Below, one piece after another: positions 10,905 through 22,327 of a stretch of 64,000 nt of DNA (position 1 is the first letter of the stretch; every line of letters begins with the position of its first letter). Location: NCBI GenBank assembly GCA_039189765.1, contig JBCCYL010000008.1:1-64000 (forward strand). The letters run 5' to 3'. The notes below the pieces were generated by a model, which was not told where the DNA came from, ran no database searches, and saw only the letters and a list, made by a program, of their open reading frames with translations. The translations under genes and the position numbers were made by a program. Origin of the DNA: Cyanobacteria bacterium P01_F01_bin.150. Its GTDB lineage: Bacteria; Cyanobacteriota; Cyanobacteriia; CAKZMO01.

Positions 10905-12410
10905 TTAGACACGCTCTGCCGTAGAAGAAGCTGCAGCAATGCTGCTTGCATCTTTAACAAAGCCACTGTAAGCTTCCATCCCATGTTCCGCGATGTCCAA
11001 ACCAATCAACTCGTCTTCCTCAGAAACACGAATACCAACTGTTGCTTTCAACAAGCTCCAGAATATTGCAGATGCAATGACAGTGAACGCACCAATTGCA
11101 ACGATCCCCAATATCTGAGCACCTAATTGAGCAAAACCACCACCGTAGAACAATCCGGACTCTTGATCAAAAAGACCAACGGCCAATGTACCCCAGATAC
11201 CACAGACCAAGTGAACAGAAGTCGCTCCTACAGGGTCGTCAACTTTAATGTTGTCAAAGAAGAAAACAGAGAAGACGACGATGACACCTGCAATTAAGCC
11301 AATAATGACGGAACCAAAGAAGCTAGCACCCGCACAACCAGCAGTAATACCGACTAAGCCAGCAAGAATACCATTAATAATCATGGACAGGTCAGGCTTT
11401 CCAGACACGATCCAAGAGGTTATTGTTGCAGCAAGACCACCCGCAGCAGCGGCCAAGTTAGTCGTAACGGCGATATAAGGAACAGCCTCACTCGCAGCTA
11501 ATTCAGAACCAGGATTAAACCCAAACCAGCCAATCCATAGGATTAAGCATCCCAACATGGACAGACTCATATTGTGTCCAGGTAATGCAGCAGGCTGACC
11601 ATCTTCACGATACTTGCCAATCCGAGGCCCAAGAAAGACTGCACCCACTAGGGCAGCCCATCCACCAACGGAGTGAACAACGGTAGAACCCGCAAAGTCG
11701 GAAAATCCAGCAGCACCCAACCAGCCATCACCACTCCACACCCAGTGACCAGTAATGGGATAGAAAATTCCAGTCAGGAAAACACTGAACAGAAGGAACG
11801 CGACGAAGTGTACACGTTCAGCCACCGCACCAGAAACGATCGTAGCGGCAGTGGCAGCAAAAGCAACCTGAAACAGAAAGGAAACAGACACGGGTAGGCC
11901 CGCAGGGAAGGGGTCCAATCCATAAGCGGCAGAATCACCACTGAGGAACCAACCACTCAAACCAATAAATCCATTTCCATTACCAAACATCAAGGAAAAT
12001 CCTAATGCCCAGTAAGCCAACGTTGCTATTGCAAAAACAATGAGGTTTTTGGAAAGAATGTTAACCGCATTCTTCTGGCGGCAAAATCCTGTTTCCAACA
12101 TTCCGAATCCAGCGTTCATAAAGATGACGAGGATAGCGGCAATAGTCACCCAAATTGCATTGAGCACACCCTGAATATATTCAGGGGATGATGCGTCAAT
12201 TTCCTGAGCTGAAACAGATAGACTAAACCCAGCAACAATCGCTATTGCTAGAGGCAAGCAGACAAGCCAACGATTCGAAGGCTTGGAGAGAACTCTTGCC
12301 ATTTTAGAGAAAGCTTTTTCAGGGGTAGACCAAGCAGCAAATGTGGGATTCACAGGCTGCTGACTCCTTCCCTTAAATCGTTTTTTTCTGAATTCCATTT
12401 TAGACATCAT
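10905..12410 (-). CDS. amt: Ammonium transporter
   Basis: [43 protein letters not shown]. Exact start uncertain. Confidence 0.97.
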   Translation of the reverse strand: MMSKMEFRKKRFKGRSQQPVNPTFAAWSTPEKAFSKMARVLSKPSNRWLVCLPLAIAIVAGFSLSVSAQEIDASSPEYIQGVLNAIWVTIAAILVIFMNAGFGMLETGFCRQKNAVNILSKNLIVFAIATLAYWALGFSLMFGNGNGFIGLSGWFLSGDSAAYGLDPFPAGLPVSVSFLFQVAFAATAATIVSGAVAERVHFVAFLLFSVFLTGIFYPITGHWVWSGDGWLGAAGFSDFAGSTVVHSVGGWAALVGAVFLGPRIGKYREDGQPAALPGHNMSLSMLGCLILWIGWFGFNPGSELAASEAVPYIAVTTNLAAAAGGLAATITSWIVSGKPDLSMIINGILAGLVGITAGCAGASFFGSVIIGLIAGVIVVFSVFFFDNIKVDDPVGATSVHLVCGIWGTLAVGLFDQESGLFYGGGFAQLGAQILGIVAIGAFTVIASAIFWSLLKATVGIRVSEEDELIGLDIAEHGMEAYSGFVKDASSIAAASSTAERV

Positions 12411-12676
12411 CACAGGACGTTTCTTTCATTTCATCACCTGAGATAGATCAGTTGCGAACCTATCTCATTCACCAATTGGGAGGAGCGATTGGATTCCACC
12501 TGCACAATAGCTAGTCTTCACTTTTAAAAGGCAAGTAGATTTGATTAAGAGAGCTGTGTCACACATAATCTCACAAGACAGGAGCCACAAAAATTTAGCC
12601 ACCACTATTGGTAAAATTGTCTTGTGCAATGTGCTTATGCTCACACAGATTCCACCAATTTCACAGAATACATTCT

Positions 12677-12690
12677 GTATAGTAGAACAC
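12677..12690 (-). promoter_or_regulatory. Possible NtcA box (GTG-N8-TAC variant) upstream of amt
   Basis: Minus strand GTG TTCTACTA TAC about 270 bp upstream of amt. NtcA control of cyanobacterial amt genes is established, but no clear TAN3T box lies 22-23 nt downstream. Confidence 0.4.
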
Positions 12691-13120
12691 TTTTTTACAA
12701 TTCCAACCCATTCACGTTCTTTCAGAATTTCTCGGGAAGCAATAACCTGAAGAGTCATAAACAATTTATTGACGACTGAGACCAGTATGTTCTTCCCAAC
12801 TTTTATTTCTTTTTCCATGTTTAGCCCAGTTTGCGGGTAGTAGGACCAAAAACATCAACGTCCCACTGATTAGAGGTTTGAGATGATGGCAATAGGACGT
12901 TCAAAGACACTTATGAAGAATAGAAAAGCAAAAGAAGCGGGAAACGATCCATGCCTCAAAGTTAAGATCAAGGCTCTGACGAATGGTTGATGCCAAAAGC
13001 AGAACCAAAATATCAAGAATTATTTCGATATTTTATATTTAGCTTTATTACGGGGAATAATACAGCGATTTAATAGTTTTAGGCAGCACACCATTGAAGT
13101 CCAAAACCGTTTGAACTGAG

Positions 13121-14032
13121 TTAAGAATACCAATGGGCAAGGTCACGATTAATGAGCTGAGACAGTTTTTGAATATCAGAGCTAAGTTCTTGTGTTAATT
13201 GCTTACGCAAGGCCGGATCCAGGCTTGGACGAGTGAACTGTTGTGTATTGGCCTTGCTCACTTGATTTTTGCCCCATTCTAAAAGCTGACGGCGTTGCGC
13301 TTGGGGCAACGGAAGTAGATACTTTCCAACTTCTAAAAGACGTTTAGGGGGATATTTGATCAATTCCTGAATTTTCTTATTACGCACTCTTTTACTAGAG
13401 TTCATGCGAACAAACTCCATTTCAAAGTTTGGCTCAGCCCCAATAAACTCTAAAACACTCTGAAAAGATCCTACAGTGTTCTCCGTAAACTCATGAAAGA
13501 GAAGAATTTTCACCTGATCAGGTCCAAATAGATCGAGGTAACGGTTGACCTGCTCACTAAATTTGGCAAGCTCCCGATAGAATAGCAGCCTAGGTTCACG
13601 ACAACGTGTAGGAATCTGCTGGCCTTCTTTTCTTGGGGCTTCTAGAGCGATCGCCTCTTTAAAGTCTTCCACAGTCTCACTAGAGCCATTAAATAAAAGC
13701 TGACTATGGAATGAGTACATCATTTCGACAGGCTCCCGCAGCATGATGACGATCTTTGCATCTGGGTCGAATCGATAAATTTCCTGAGCTGCAGTTTTGG
13801 AATAAAGATATGTAGTTGTGCCTTCACCACAGATTTTATTTGCACCAGGTTCAAATAGACTGAGGTAATGTTTTAAGTTCCTAGCTCGTTCTGGAGTTTT
13901 AAGGTCAGTATCAAAAAAGTGCAGTTCCTTCTGTTCAGGGATAAAAACATCTGGATGGCAATTGAGATATTTGCTGAGGGCAGTTGTCCCACATTTGGGT
14001 GCTCCCACAATAAAAAAGCTAGGTTGGGTCAT
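13121..14032 (-). CDS. Sulfotransferase family protein
   Basis: PAPS-binding FFIVGAPKCGTTAL, KELHFFD, MLREPVEMMYS. Confidence 0.92.
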   Translation of the reverse strand: MTQPSFFIVGAPKCGTTALSKYLNCHPDVFIPEQKELHFFDTDLKTPERARNLKHYLSLFEPGANKICGEGTTTYLYSKTAAQEIYRFDPDAKIVIMLREPVEMMYSFHSQLLFNGSSETVEDFKEAIALEAPRKEGQQIPTRCREPRLLFYRELAKFSEQVNRYLDLFGPDQVKILLFHEFTENTVGSFQSVLEFIGAEPNFEMEFVRMNSSKRVRNKKIQELIKYPPKRLLEVGKYLLPLPQAQRRQLLEWGKNQVSKANTQQFTRPSLDPALRKQLTQELSSDIQKLSQLINRDLAHWYS

Positions 14033-14132
14033 GGTCAAACGTTGAATAGCACGGAGTCAGTATTTGCCTAGTATTCCCCAAACCTCAGAAAAGTCTCAGA
14101 CGCCTTAGTGAATGAAAAGCTGTGAATTATCA

Positions 14133-14411
14133 TTACTCTAGACGTTGATACCTATCAACTTCAAACACAGGCCCCACCATTGCCGCAGTCATCATGTCAG
14201 TTCTAACTTTACCTGTTACTCGAACCTTCAAACCCTCTTCAAGAATTGCTTCTGGCTGATTCCGAAAAATTTGGACCGTACGCCCCGTGCTCTCAATTGT
14301 CCATGCGCCTGCACCAAAGCGCGATCGCCTCACGACTCCTTCAATCGTCACACTATCTGAGGACTGAAAACTGCTAGCCTTCGAATCGTCTGATGCATTA
14401 TTACTAATCAT
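14133..14411 (-). CDS. Small hypothetical protein (possible OB-fold-like), coupled to the S8 peptidase gene
   Basis: ATG overlaps the peptidase stop (ATGA at 14411-14408); VTIEGVV..GAGAWTIE..GLKVRVTGKVR..MTAAMVGPVFEV. Confidence 0.75.
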   Translation of the reverse strand: MISNNASDDSKASSFQSSDSVTIEGVVRRSRFGAGAWTIESTGRTVQIFRNQPEAILEEGLKVRVTGKVRTDMMTAAMVGPVFEVDRYQRLE

Positions 14412-16216
14412 CGCTCTGCCTCCGCCTTTAAAGCTAAATATGCTAACAGCACGCATAATACGGCATTAATCACTAGATAGGCTCTTGCCCATAGAGTCGT
14501 GCCAATCCACAGACATTCCGGATCGAGGATTGAACTAACCGCTAAGCAAGCAGCAATGCCGAGAGTAGACCCAATGGCGTACCATTTCCAGGATGGATGA
14601 GATAGGAGCACTCCAAGCAACACTATTGGGACCAGAACACTTGCCGTAATCGGATTTAAAACCGGACTGGCTTGCGCCGACGTCCCCCATTCAGGAATGG
14701 AACTACCCAACATCCTGAGAGGCCACTGGGGCAGGTCAAAAATATACAGACCACGCAATAAGAATAAACCTGCACTTCCAGCAATTAATCCACCATGCAG
14801 TAATCCAGGCCACCGGTTGGGTAAATAGGCTTTAAATAAGATCGCTAACCCGTAGGCGACTCCAATCATCAGCACTTTTGGCACTACCGGCACCGCCTCT
14901 AGATCAAACCACAGACGTAGACGGAAAAAGGCGGTTTGCCACAGCCATCGCAAGAACTGCCAAAAAGGCAATTGTCCTTTTTGCGCCAACTTCACGGCTG
15001 CTAAAGCATCCAGTTGACCTGAGCCAAACTCGTTGAGTTCGTCGCTTTGAATCCCCTTAGACGACTCATAAAGGATTTTAGCCACTGTATCAGGATCGGA
15101 TACTCCCGATGATTTGATCAGCGCTGCAACTCCAGCCACGTGAGGAGATGCCATACTTGTTCCCTGAAAAGCGCTAAATATTCCACGACCAGTCGATGGA
15201 TCAATTGTTTCTTGCAAAATACCGCCTTCATCACCATTGCGGGTTGCACCGCCGGGAGCAGAAATATTCACTCCAGCACCAAAGTTAGAATAAGGGGCTC
15301 GTTTCCCGTCTTTATCCAAAGCTGACACAGCAATTACATGGTCATACCGTGCCGGAAATGAAGCTGAATTAGTATTTTCATTGCCCGCCGCCGCTACGAT
15401 AACTACGCCTTTATTATGGGCATAGGCGATCGCCTCTTCCATCACCTGACTGCGACCACCACCCCCCAAACTCATATTGATCACGTCAGCTCCATTATCG
15501 GCGGCAAATCGGATCGCGTCAGCAATATCTGACACTGTTCCCCCTCCAAAAGCACTCAGTACTTTCAACGGCATCAGCTTTGCCCGATAGGCGATTCCTG
15601 CTACTCCGTAATTATTGTTCGTGGATTGCGCGACCGTTCCCGCCACATGCGTTCCATGGCCATTATCATCAGCCGCATCAACCTGATCATTGACAAAGTC
15701 ATAGCCTGCAACCAAGGTAGTATTGGCCAAATCTTTGACCGGACTAATGCCTGTATCAATCACAGCCACTGTCACGCCATCCCCTTTACTATGCGACCAC
15801 GCCTGTTCCATATTGATGGACTTTAAATTCCACTGCCTAGAATAATCAGGGTCATTAGGCACATCCAAAGCCCGGTATATATAGTTGGGTTCTATAGATT
15901 GTGTGTATTGCTTAAGATCGGATCGTTTTAGCTGTTTGATTAACTGGCGATTTTTCTTGTTTGCATCCGCACTCAAACCTTCTAAAACGTATACATTCTC
16001 CGAACCTGCAAAGACGCTGTTGAGTCGAGACGATTTATTAGCGCCAACAGTATTGGTCAGATCCGCAACCTGTTTTTCAATTTGAGTGACATCCACATCA
16101 TCTTTGAAGTTGAGGATGATGGAATCAAACTCTCCCTGATTGGACAGCCCAGGGTAAGCACCAACGACCCAGAGAAAAGCAGCAAAGAATAGAGCAAGCC
16201 AGAATAAGCGTTTCAT
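14408..16216 (-). CDS. S8 subtilisin-like serine peptidase with signal peptide and C-terminal membrane domain
   Basis: Catalytic motifs VAVIDTG, GHGTHVAG and GTSMASPHVAG; C-terminal hydrophobic helices. Confidence 0.95.
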   Translation of the reverse strand: MKRLFWLALFFAAFLWVVGAYPGLSNQGEFDSIILNFKDDVDVTQIEKQVADLTNTVGANKSSRLNSVFAGSENVYVLEGLSADANKKNRQLIKQLKRSDLKQYTQSIEPNYIYRALDVPNDPDYSRQWNLKSINMEQAWSHSKGDGVTVAVIDTGISPVKDLANTTLVAGYDFVNDQVDAADDNGHGTHVAGTVAQSTNNNYGVAGIAYRAKLMPLKVLSAFGGGTVSDIADAIRFAADNGADVINMSLGGGGRSQVMEEAIAYAHNKGVVIVAAAGNENTNSASFPARYDHVIAVSALDKDGKRAPYSNFGAGVNISAPGGATRNGDEGGILQETIDPSTGRGIFSAFQGTSMASPHVAGVAALIKSSGVSDPDTVAKILYESSKGIQSDELNEFGSGQLDALAAVKLAQKGQLPFWQFLRWLWQTAFFRLRLWFDLEAVPVVPKVLMIGVAYGLAILFKAYLPNRWPGLLHGGLIAGSAGLFLLRGLYIFDLPQWPLRMLGSSIPEWGTSAQASPVLNPITASVLVPIVLLGVLLSHPSWKWYAIGSTLGIAACLAVSSILDPECLWIGTTLWARAYLVINAVLCVLLAYLALKAEAER

Positions 16217-16401
16217 AAATGTGGGGAATTGATGAACGTGAGATAACAGTGAAAGTGAATCCTCTGTCAGGACTAGATCGACCTAACAGATAAACTTCTT
16301 TCCAAGATAACTCACCTCTTCTATCTGACGCTTTATTTAAGTTGAAAGCATCTTTCGTAAGATGGCACGTTGTTAAGCCCCCCAATCTTCGCTTCCAGCG
16401 T

Positions 16402-17436
16402 TTAGGGTTTCTTGCCTGTCGCTCGCAACGATAAAGTCTGATTCAAGAGAGAAAACCAAAAGGGAGCGCCCATAGAAATGGCAACACCACTAATCATCCA
16501 ACCAACTGTCGTCTTGAGCACTTTGAGCGGGGTCAAGCGAGCCACTTGCTGAGCGGGAGCATCAAGATGCCAACCAATGGGAAACTGATCAAGCCGGTCT
16601 ATTGCCAGACTCATATCTCTCTGCACTAAGCTAAGGCATTGAACTTTAGCCTCAGAATCCATAGAGTCCTTGACACAATCTAAGTCACTAGCCTGAGGCA
16701 CAACTATTTGTTCAGCAATCTGATGCATAGCGTCTTGCAGCATACGATCTTGAGAGAGAACATTAATAATATGCAAAGAATCAACATTCGCCCCCACTGC
16801 GATCGCCACCCCTAAAATTAACGCTATCCCTTTAGCGTTTCGCTTGTATACTCCTGAGGCTCGATCCATGGATTGATCAAACCATGCAGCAATTTCTTCC
16901 TGAAACTTTTGCACCTCCTCCTCAGCTCTATTCGCTTTTGTGCGAGCCTGCTGGACTAGAATGCGCAGATTATCTTTAAGATTACCGGGAATATTTGCTT
17001 TCGCGATAGACGACCATATGTCATCTAAGGTGGCCGTCAAAACATTATCTGGCAAACGATGTACTGTATCAAGCAAGGCTAAGGCAAACGTTTTCGATTC
17101 AATATATGATGGCCCTTTAGATTGAATCCGATTTCTTGCTGAATGATTAAGAGCCACAATTAAAGGGTTGGAATAAAGGAGCTCAACAAATGAATCAGCA
17201 TCGTTTAGTGTTCTCATTCGACCTTCGTCAACCTCAGAACTATTGCCATTGTCAGACACATCAGAAGTCTGAGAGGCATGGGCAGACAACAAGTAGGCAA
17301 TAGACTCTTTCAAATGTTTAGCCCGCCACTCTAAAACAGTTGCAAGCATTTCTTGAATTTCAGACGCAATCAAGCTCAAGACAAGGTAAATCAAGACTAG
17401 GCCAATGGCCACATTGAAAATGACAGGTAAATTCAT
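16402..17436 (-). CDS. Hypothetical membrane protein
   Basis: 344-aa ORF with N-terminal TM, WFDQSMDRASGVYKR and C-terminal GWMISGVAISMGAPFWF. Confidence 0.8.
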   Translation of the reverse strand: MNLPVIFNVAIGLVLIYLVLSLIASEIQEMLATVLEWRAKHLKESIAYLLSAHASQTSDVSDNGNSSEVDEGRMRTLNDADSFVELLYSNPLIVALNHSARNRIQSKGPSYIESKTFALALLDTVHRLPDNVLTATLDDIWSSIAKANIPGNLKDNLRILVQQARTKANRAEEEVQKFQEEIAAWFDQSMDRASGVYKRNAKGIALILGVAIAVGANVDSLHIINVLSQDRMLQDAMHQIAEQIVVPQASDLDCVKDSMDSEAKVQCLSLVQRDMSLAIDRLDQFPIGWHLDAPAQQVARLTPLKVLKTTVGWMISGVAISMGAPFWFSLLNQTLSLRATGKKP

Positions 17437-18342
17437 AAATACACTTTCACGAAAAGGTAATACTATGAGTAGGTACTACTAAAATCAGTATTTCGACCGT
17501 TAACTTAAAGATATCAACTGTGACTAGCTCTCAAGCAAGAGCATGCCCTTCAGACATGATTAGATGGAATTTTCATGAACCCTTCCCAGAACAATAAGCA
17601 AGTTCCCAATCGTTTACAAAAATTTATTGTTTTTTAAAGATTGTTTGGATATAAAGTATCTAGACTTACTGAATAATAGATTGGTAGAAAATTCTAAATT
17701 CTAATAAAAACTACAAGTTTGCAGGTCTCCCAGCTTTTGTAGGGGTGTGACCACGTTTTTTATCCAAATAGCAAGGATAAACGATGAAAATGGCTAGCTA
17801 TCTCAAAGTAGTCACTCATTTTATTGACTGTGTCATATCTCGAATAGCGTTCCTGTACTTTAGTCAGAATTCTTGAGTTTGCATCGACCATGATGTTGAC
17901 TCTCCTTACTGACACCATCACAATGTTTGCAAAGAGAAATTACACATTAGGCAAGATAAGATTTACGGGAACTTTACATTTTTAAATAGAGTCTTTTCCT
18001 TTAGAGATGAATAATGGGAAAATTCATTCTAGATGTTGAGTATCGATTTACTTAATTCTTAATTTTGTGCCGATACAGTATGCGTCTTCCTTAAGAGGAA
18101 TGGATTCAACAATTTTTCTTTGGTTTGTTGAAACAGGGTTGCATATTTAGTTCATAGCCCCTTCATTACTATGACTATGTTCAACTTTTCATTTGAAGAG
18201 CTGTTACATATTCGAAGATATCAACCAATTGATATCGTACACATTGTGATCAGTTCATGTCTGTGCAAAACATCATCTTAATGTGACATGATATGGCGAT
18301 CACTCATAATTAAACATCTTGAGAGAGGTCAAAGGTCCGAAC

Positions 18343-18540
18343 ATGTCTTGGTGGGAATTATTTCGACGGGTAACAACAAATGAGGATTCCAAGCATATTG
18401 TCCACAATCGTGAATTGATAGCCACAGAATCTAGTAAGTCGCAATCATCATTTCACAAGCATACTGACCCAACTTGGGCAGAAAATCGAGATTACATAGC
18501 TGCTCGTCGGTATTGGAATAGGGCATCTACTGATACGTAG
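18343..18540 (+). CDS. Small hypothetical protein (65 aa)
   Basis: ATG preceded by GAGAGG/AAAGG; the only tracked ORF in a 1.3-kb gap; MSWWELFRR...WAENRDYIAARRYW. Confidence 0.4.
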   Translation: MSWWELFRRVTTNEDSKHIVHNRELIATESSKSQSSFHKHTDPTWAENRDYIAARRYWNRASTDT

Positions 18541-18743
18541 CGATTATTTAACGAACAAAAGCCCCCATTTACATAGCCGTGGTGACTGAAGGTCTCCTCG
18601 GCTAATCCTAGCTTGGATACAAGTGCCTTGAGGCAAAGTTGGAAAAGAGACGGAGATACTCTATGCCTCAGTATTCAAAGATATACAATTCGAGAATAAA
18701 CTTCATGACACTGGTCAGAAAGAAGCACATCTTTGCTTTTCTC

Positions 18744-20207
18744 TCACGTATCAAGAGGGACAACAGACTGTTGAATGCGTTTCATTAAAGTTAGAAACGG
18801 CTGCCAATTATCATCAGCGACAATGGGATCCCAAATCGTTTCAATTTCAGGACGAATAGGAACAATATCAGGATTATGCAGCCCCAGACGCTGAGCAATA
18901 GCGTCCATCTGGTCTTCACCATATTGTTTGATCGCTTGATAGTAGAGCGATCGCCATTGATGCACTAGCTCTTGCTGATCATCTGACTCAGGCCGTAGGA
19001 TGTCTAGGGCAATCTCTTCTTGTGATTCTCGCCATTTAGCGGTAAATAACTGTCGCAATGCTAGGAAAAAATCGTGATAGCCAATATTGAGGTGACTCAG
19101 TAATGTCAAAGTGGCTGTCAACAGATCGTCGGCCATTGCTGGAGGTAAAGAGGCAAATCCGAGACGGTTGATCATCCGTTGTTGATAGACACGATCATAG
19201 TTGCTTTGATAAGCATCTAATCCAGACTGCAAATGTTCCGAGGACATAACCATTTTCAAGGGATACCGAAGCATTTCTAAATTCCATTGACAGGCATTGG
19301 GTTGATTGGCATAGCAGTATCGTCCAGAATAATCAAAGTAGGCAGCAGTAAAACGGGGATCAAAGCGTTCCATAAATGCATAGGGACCATAGTCAAAACT
19401 TTCCCCTGTAATAGACATGTTGTCCGTATTGAGGACCGCATGACAAAAACCTGACGTCATCCATTGAGCTGCCAGTGTCGCGACCCGTTCCACTAACTCA
19501 GTAAAAAATAGGCCGTAGCGCTCGCCTTCATCAGCCTCTTGTAGTAAATGTGGATAGTAATACTCAATGACATGGTCCAAAAGTACCTTTATTAAGTCTG
19601 GCCTCTGAATATAGTGCAATCTTTCAAAGGTTCCAAAGCGGATATGAGAATGACTCATGCGAATCATGACCGATGAGCGCGCAGGGGATGGCTCATCTCC
19701 TCGCCCCAGTTTCTCGCCAGTTTCAACCACACTCAGACAGCGAGAGGTTCTCACTCCGTACTGGTGCAAAGCCTCGGCTGCAATGACTTCTCGAACGCCT
19801 CCTTTGAGCGTCAGCCGACCATCACCGCCTCTGGAATAGGGCGTTGGTCCCGTTCCTTTAGTACCAAAATCATATAGACAACCGTCATTACCCCGCACTT
19901 GACCATACAAAAAGCCGCGACCGTCCCCCAGATAGGGATTGTATTCGCCAAACTGATAGCCGTGGTAGCGCATCGCCAAAAACGGCGATCGCCCTTCAAA
20001 TCGACCAAACGCCTCCAAAATCTGATCATCGCTAACTTGGTCGGGTGCTAAGCCTACTTGCGCCAACAAATCATCGTTGCGCCAGCGTAGAGTATGCATC
20101 GGAAAATTGGCAGCCCCCACAAGGTCTGAATAATCTTCGCCAAGACTCTCAAAAGCGGGAATAAAATCCAAAGACAGGAGTGGGTTCTGAGAATTGAAAT
20201 GCGACAT
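18744..20207 (-). CDS. selO: Protein adenylyltransferase SelO/YdiU
   Basis: [52 protein letters not shown]. Confidence 0.95.
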   Translation of the reverse strand: MSHFNSQNPLLSLDFIPAFESLGEDYSDLVGAANFPMHTLRWRNDDLLAQVGLAPDQVSDDQILEAFGRFEGRSPFLAMRYHGYQFGEYNPYLGDGRGFLYGQVRGNDGCLYDFGTKGTGPTPYSRGGDGRLTLKGGVREVIAAEALHQYGVRTSRCLSVVETGEKLGRGDEPSPARSSVMIRMSHSHIRFGTFERLHYIQRPDLIKVLLDHVIEYYYPHLLQEADEGERYGLFFTELVERVATLAAQWMTSGFCHAVLNTDNMSITGESFDYGPYAFMERFDPRFTAAYFDYSGRYCYANQPNACQWNLEMLRYPLKMVMSSEHLQSGLDAYQSNYDRVYQQRMINRLGFASLPPAMADDLLTATLTLLSHLNIGYHDFFLALRQLFTAKWRESQEEIALDILRPESDDQQELVHQWRSLYYQAIKQYGEDQMDAIAQRLGLHNPDIVPIRPEIETIWDPIVADDNWQPFLTLMKRIQQSVVPLDT

Positions 20208-20468
20208 GGATGATGAGGTCACGTCTTAAAATACCACTACAATACTTGCAGCTATACTGCCAACGGCTGAGATTTGGCAGAGTGTCCCCCACTATGCAGG
20301 GGACACACCTCATAAAAAGTCCAGCACCTAGCCGTGCAGAGTATAAGGAGTCAATGGTACGTTTATCTGTCTCTCTCATCATAAAGAGTGGAAATAAACG
20401 GCTCATCTACTCTCCATTGTGCCATCCTCAAGTTAAGATGCTTTATTGAAATAGAACAATATTTTTCA

Positions 20469-21791
20469 ATGGATTCGCCTCCAGCTCCTCGTCAAGGCTA
20501 TACTCTGCCAGTATTTGCCTGTGCAGCGGCGATCGCTGCCCTTCAACACCTCCAGAATTATGCCCAATCAGAGCGCCAGCAAAGAGTAGAAGATGGAGAA
20601 TCACCCAGTCCAGCCTCGCCACACCCCAATGCCTCAACGTCCCAACGCCTTAAGCCTAACGCCAAAACCCAACATCAAGCTGTCTCTGTCGATCTGATTA
20701 CACCAGCTCAGACAGTGGACATACCAATTGAACAGGTTGCCCAACTCAATGAAAACAGCGCACTGGCGATCGCTCGTAGTGATCCAGGAGACAACCTAGA
20801 TTTGACCCGACACACTCCCATATGGGCTTGGGTTACATGGGGAGACCAACACCAGAAGCCCCCTATCTTAATCGAAGGGGGAGAGGGAATTGGTCGTTAT
20901 CAGTCCCCAGCCTTTGATGGTAGCAATAGTAATATGCATACTCAGTCCACAATCCAAATCAAGGAAGGAGCAAAGGCCGCAATTTATCAATACGCGACTG
21001 ACTTACTGCAAACAAATCTCAAGCGAGTTTTACTAGACCATCGAACCATCAAAGTAACCCTCATACTTCCAGAAGGCAAAACGCTGGCAACTCGCACCTC
21101 TAATGCAGCATTTGGGGTTGTCGATGGTCTATCGCTTTTAGGCACCTCTGGTCTCTCTCAGCCGTTGAGCGCTCCTGAACAACTAGAGGTCTTTCGGTCC
21201 AACTTGGCGACTCAAATTGCTCAATCAACTGAAGCTAAACGCTGCCTAGTGTATTGCATTGGCGAAAATGGTTTAGACTTGGCCCGTCGATTTGAGATTA
21301 AAGAGATCCAAATTCTAAAAACAGCCAATTGGCTGGGGCCGCTCTTAGTGGAAGGTGGGCATCAAGGAGTGGAATCAATCTTACTGCTGGGGTATCATGG
21401 CAAGTTGATTAAGCTAGCAGGAGGAATTTTTCATACACACCATCACTTGGCAGATGCGCGGTTAGATATTTTTGTCGCTCATTGTGGTGTTCTGGGGTTG
21501 GCCACATCTCATCTCCAAGCTCTCTGGAATTGCCAGACGACAGAAGATGCACTGCAATACCTTAAAGCTTTAGATCAAAATACTGGAAGTCATTGGGTCC
21601 AGACCATTTACCAATCTATTGCCCAACGTATTGATCAACGAACCCGAGCTTACATATACACCCATAGCGAAAAACAGGTCAATGTGGGAACCGTGTTGTT
21701 TGGACGCGATCGCCAAATTATTTGCCAAAGTGTCATCGGCCAACAGCTAGGAAAACAAGTCAGGGCTCATTTTCTTTGCATAGATTCATGA
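20469..21791 (+). CDS. cbiD: Cobalt-precorrin-5B C1-methyltransferase
   Basis: GYTLPVFACAAA, SDPGDNLDLTR, RTSNAAFGVVDGLSLLGT, GYHGKLIKLAGGIFHTH. Confidence 0.95.
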   Translation: MDSPPAPRQGYTLPVFACAAAIAALQHLQNYAQSERQQRVEDGESPSPASPHPNASTSQRLKPNAKTQHQAVSVDLITPAQTVDIPIEQVAQLNENSALAIARSDPGDNLDLTRHTPIWAWVTWGDQHQKPPILIEGGEGIGRYQSPAFDGSNSNMHTQSTIQIKEGAKAAIYQYATDLLQTNLKRVLLDHRTIKVTLILPEGKTLATRTSNAAFGVVDGLSLLGTSGLSQPLSAPEQLEVFRSNLATQIAQSTEAKRCLVYCIGENGLDLARRFEIKEIQILKTANWLGPLLVEGGHQGVESILLLGYHGKLIKLAGGIFHTHHHLADARLDIFVAHCGVLGLATSHLQALWNCQTTEDALQYLKALDQNTGSHWVQTIYQSIAQRIDQRTRAYIYTHSEKQVNVGTVLFGRDRQIICQSVIGQQLGKQVRAHFLCIDS

Positions 21792-22327
21792 GCATTTGCC
21801 AATGTTCCCCAAATGCGTATAGAATTTTGAAACACTTTTTAACAATACCTTTTTCTTACGATTCCTAAATTAATTAGATTCTGAAATTTTGTCTGTTCAC
21901 CATCGGATTGTACGGTTCAGTCCGTTCTTCCTATCTTATACATGTTGAACGTTGATGATATTCACCCCGACTTTACAGAATGTTAACAGCCATTTTTATG
22001 GCATATCTTGACTGAATATTTATTGCATGGTGTTTTCAGAGTTATCCAGTCTTTTGTAAAATTTGGGATTATAGGTATCTTGGCTAACTTGGAGTAGATC
22101 GGTTCTTTACACACCATCATCTATTCATAATTCATAGATTTCCTTCTTATCGATAGTGCGGCATTAATCCACGAATAAATAAGAACATTGTTTTGTCATG
22201 ATGTTTGACAGATCGTCAGGAATGTCTGTCCCTAATCTCACAGCAGAAATATTTTCTTTACGATTTCCTTTTATCCATTTCTTTTTATTGCTTGACTACC
22301 CATTTAACCTATCTAGGGGCTAACCAT

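Noticed and set aside
12465..12818. ORFs upstream of amt
   Set aside because: They span the AT-rich amt promoter region and show no recognisable protein features.
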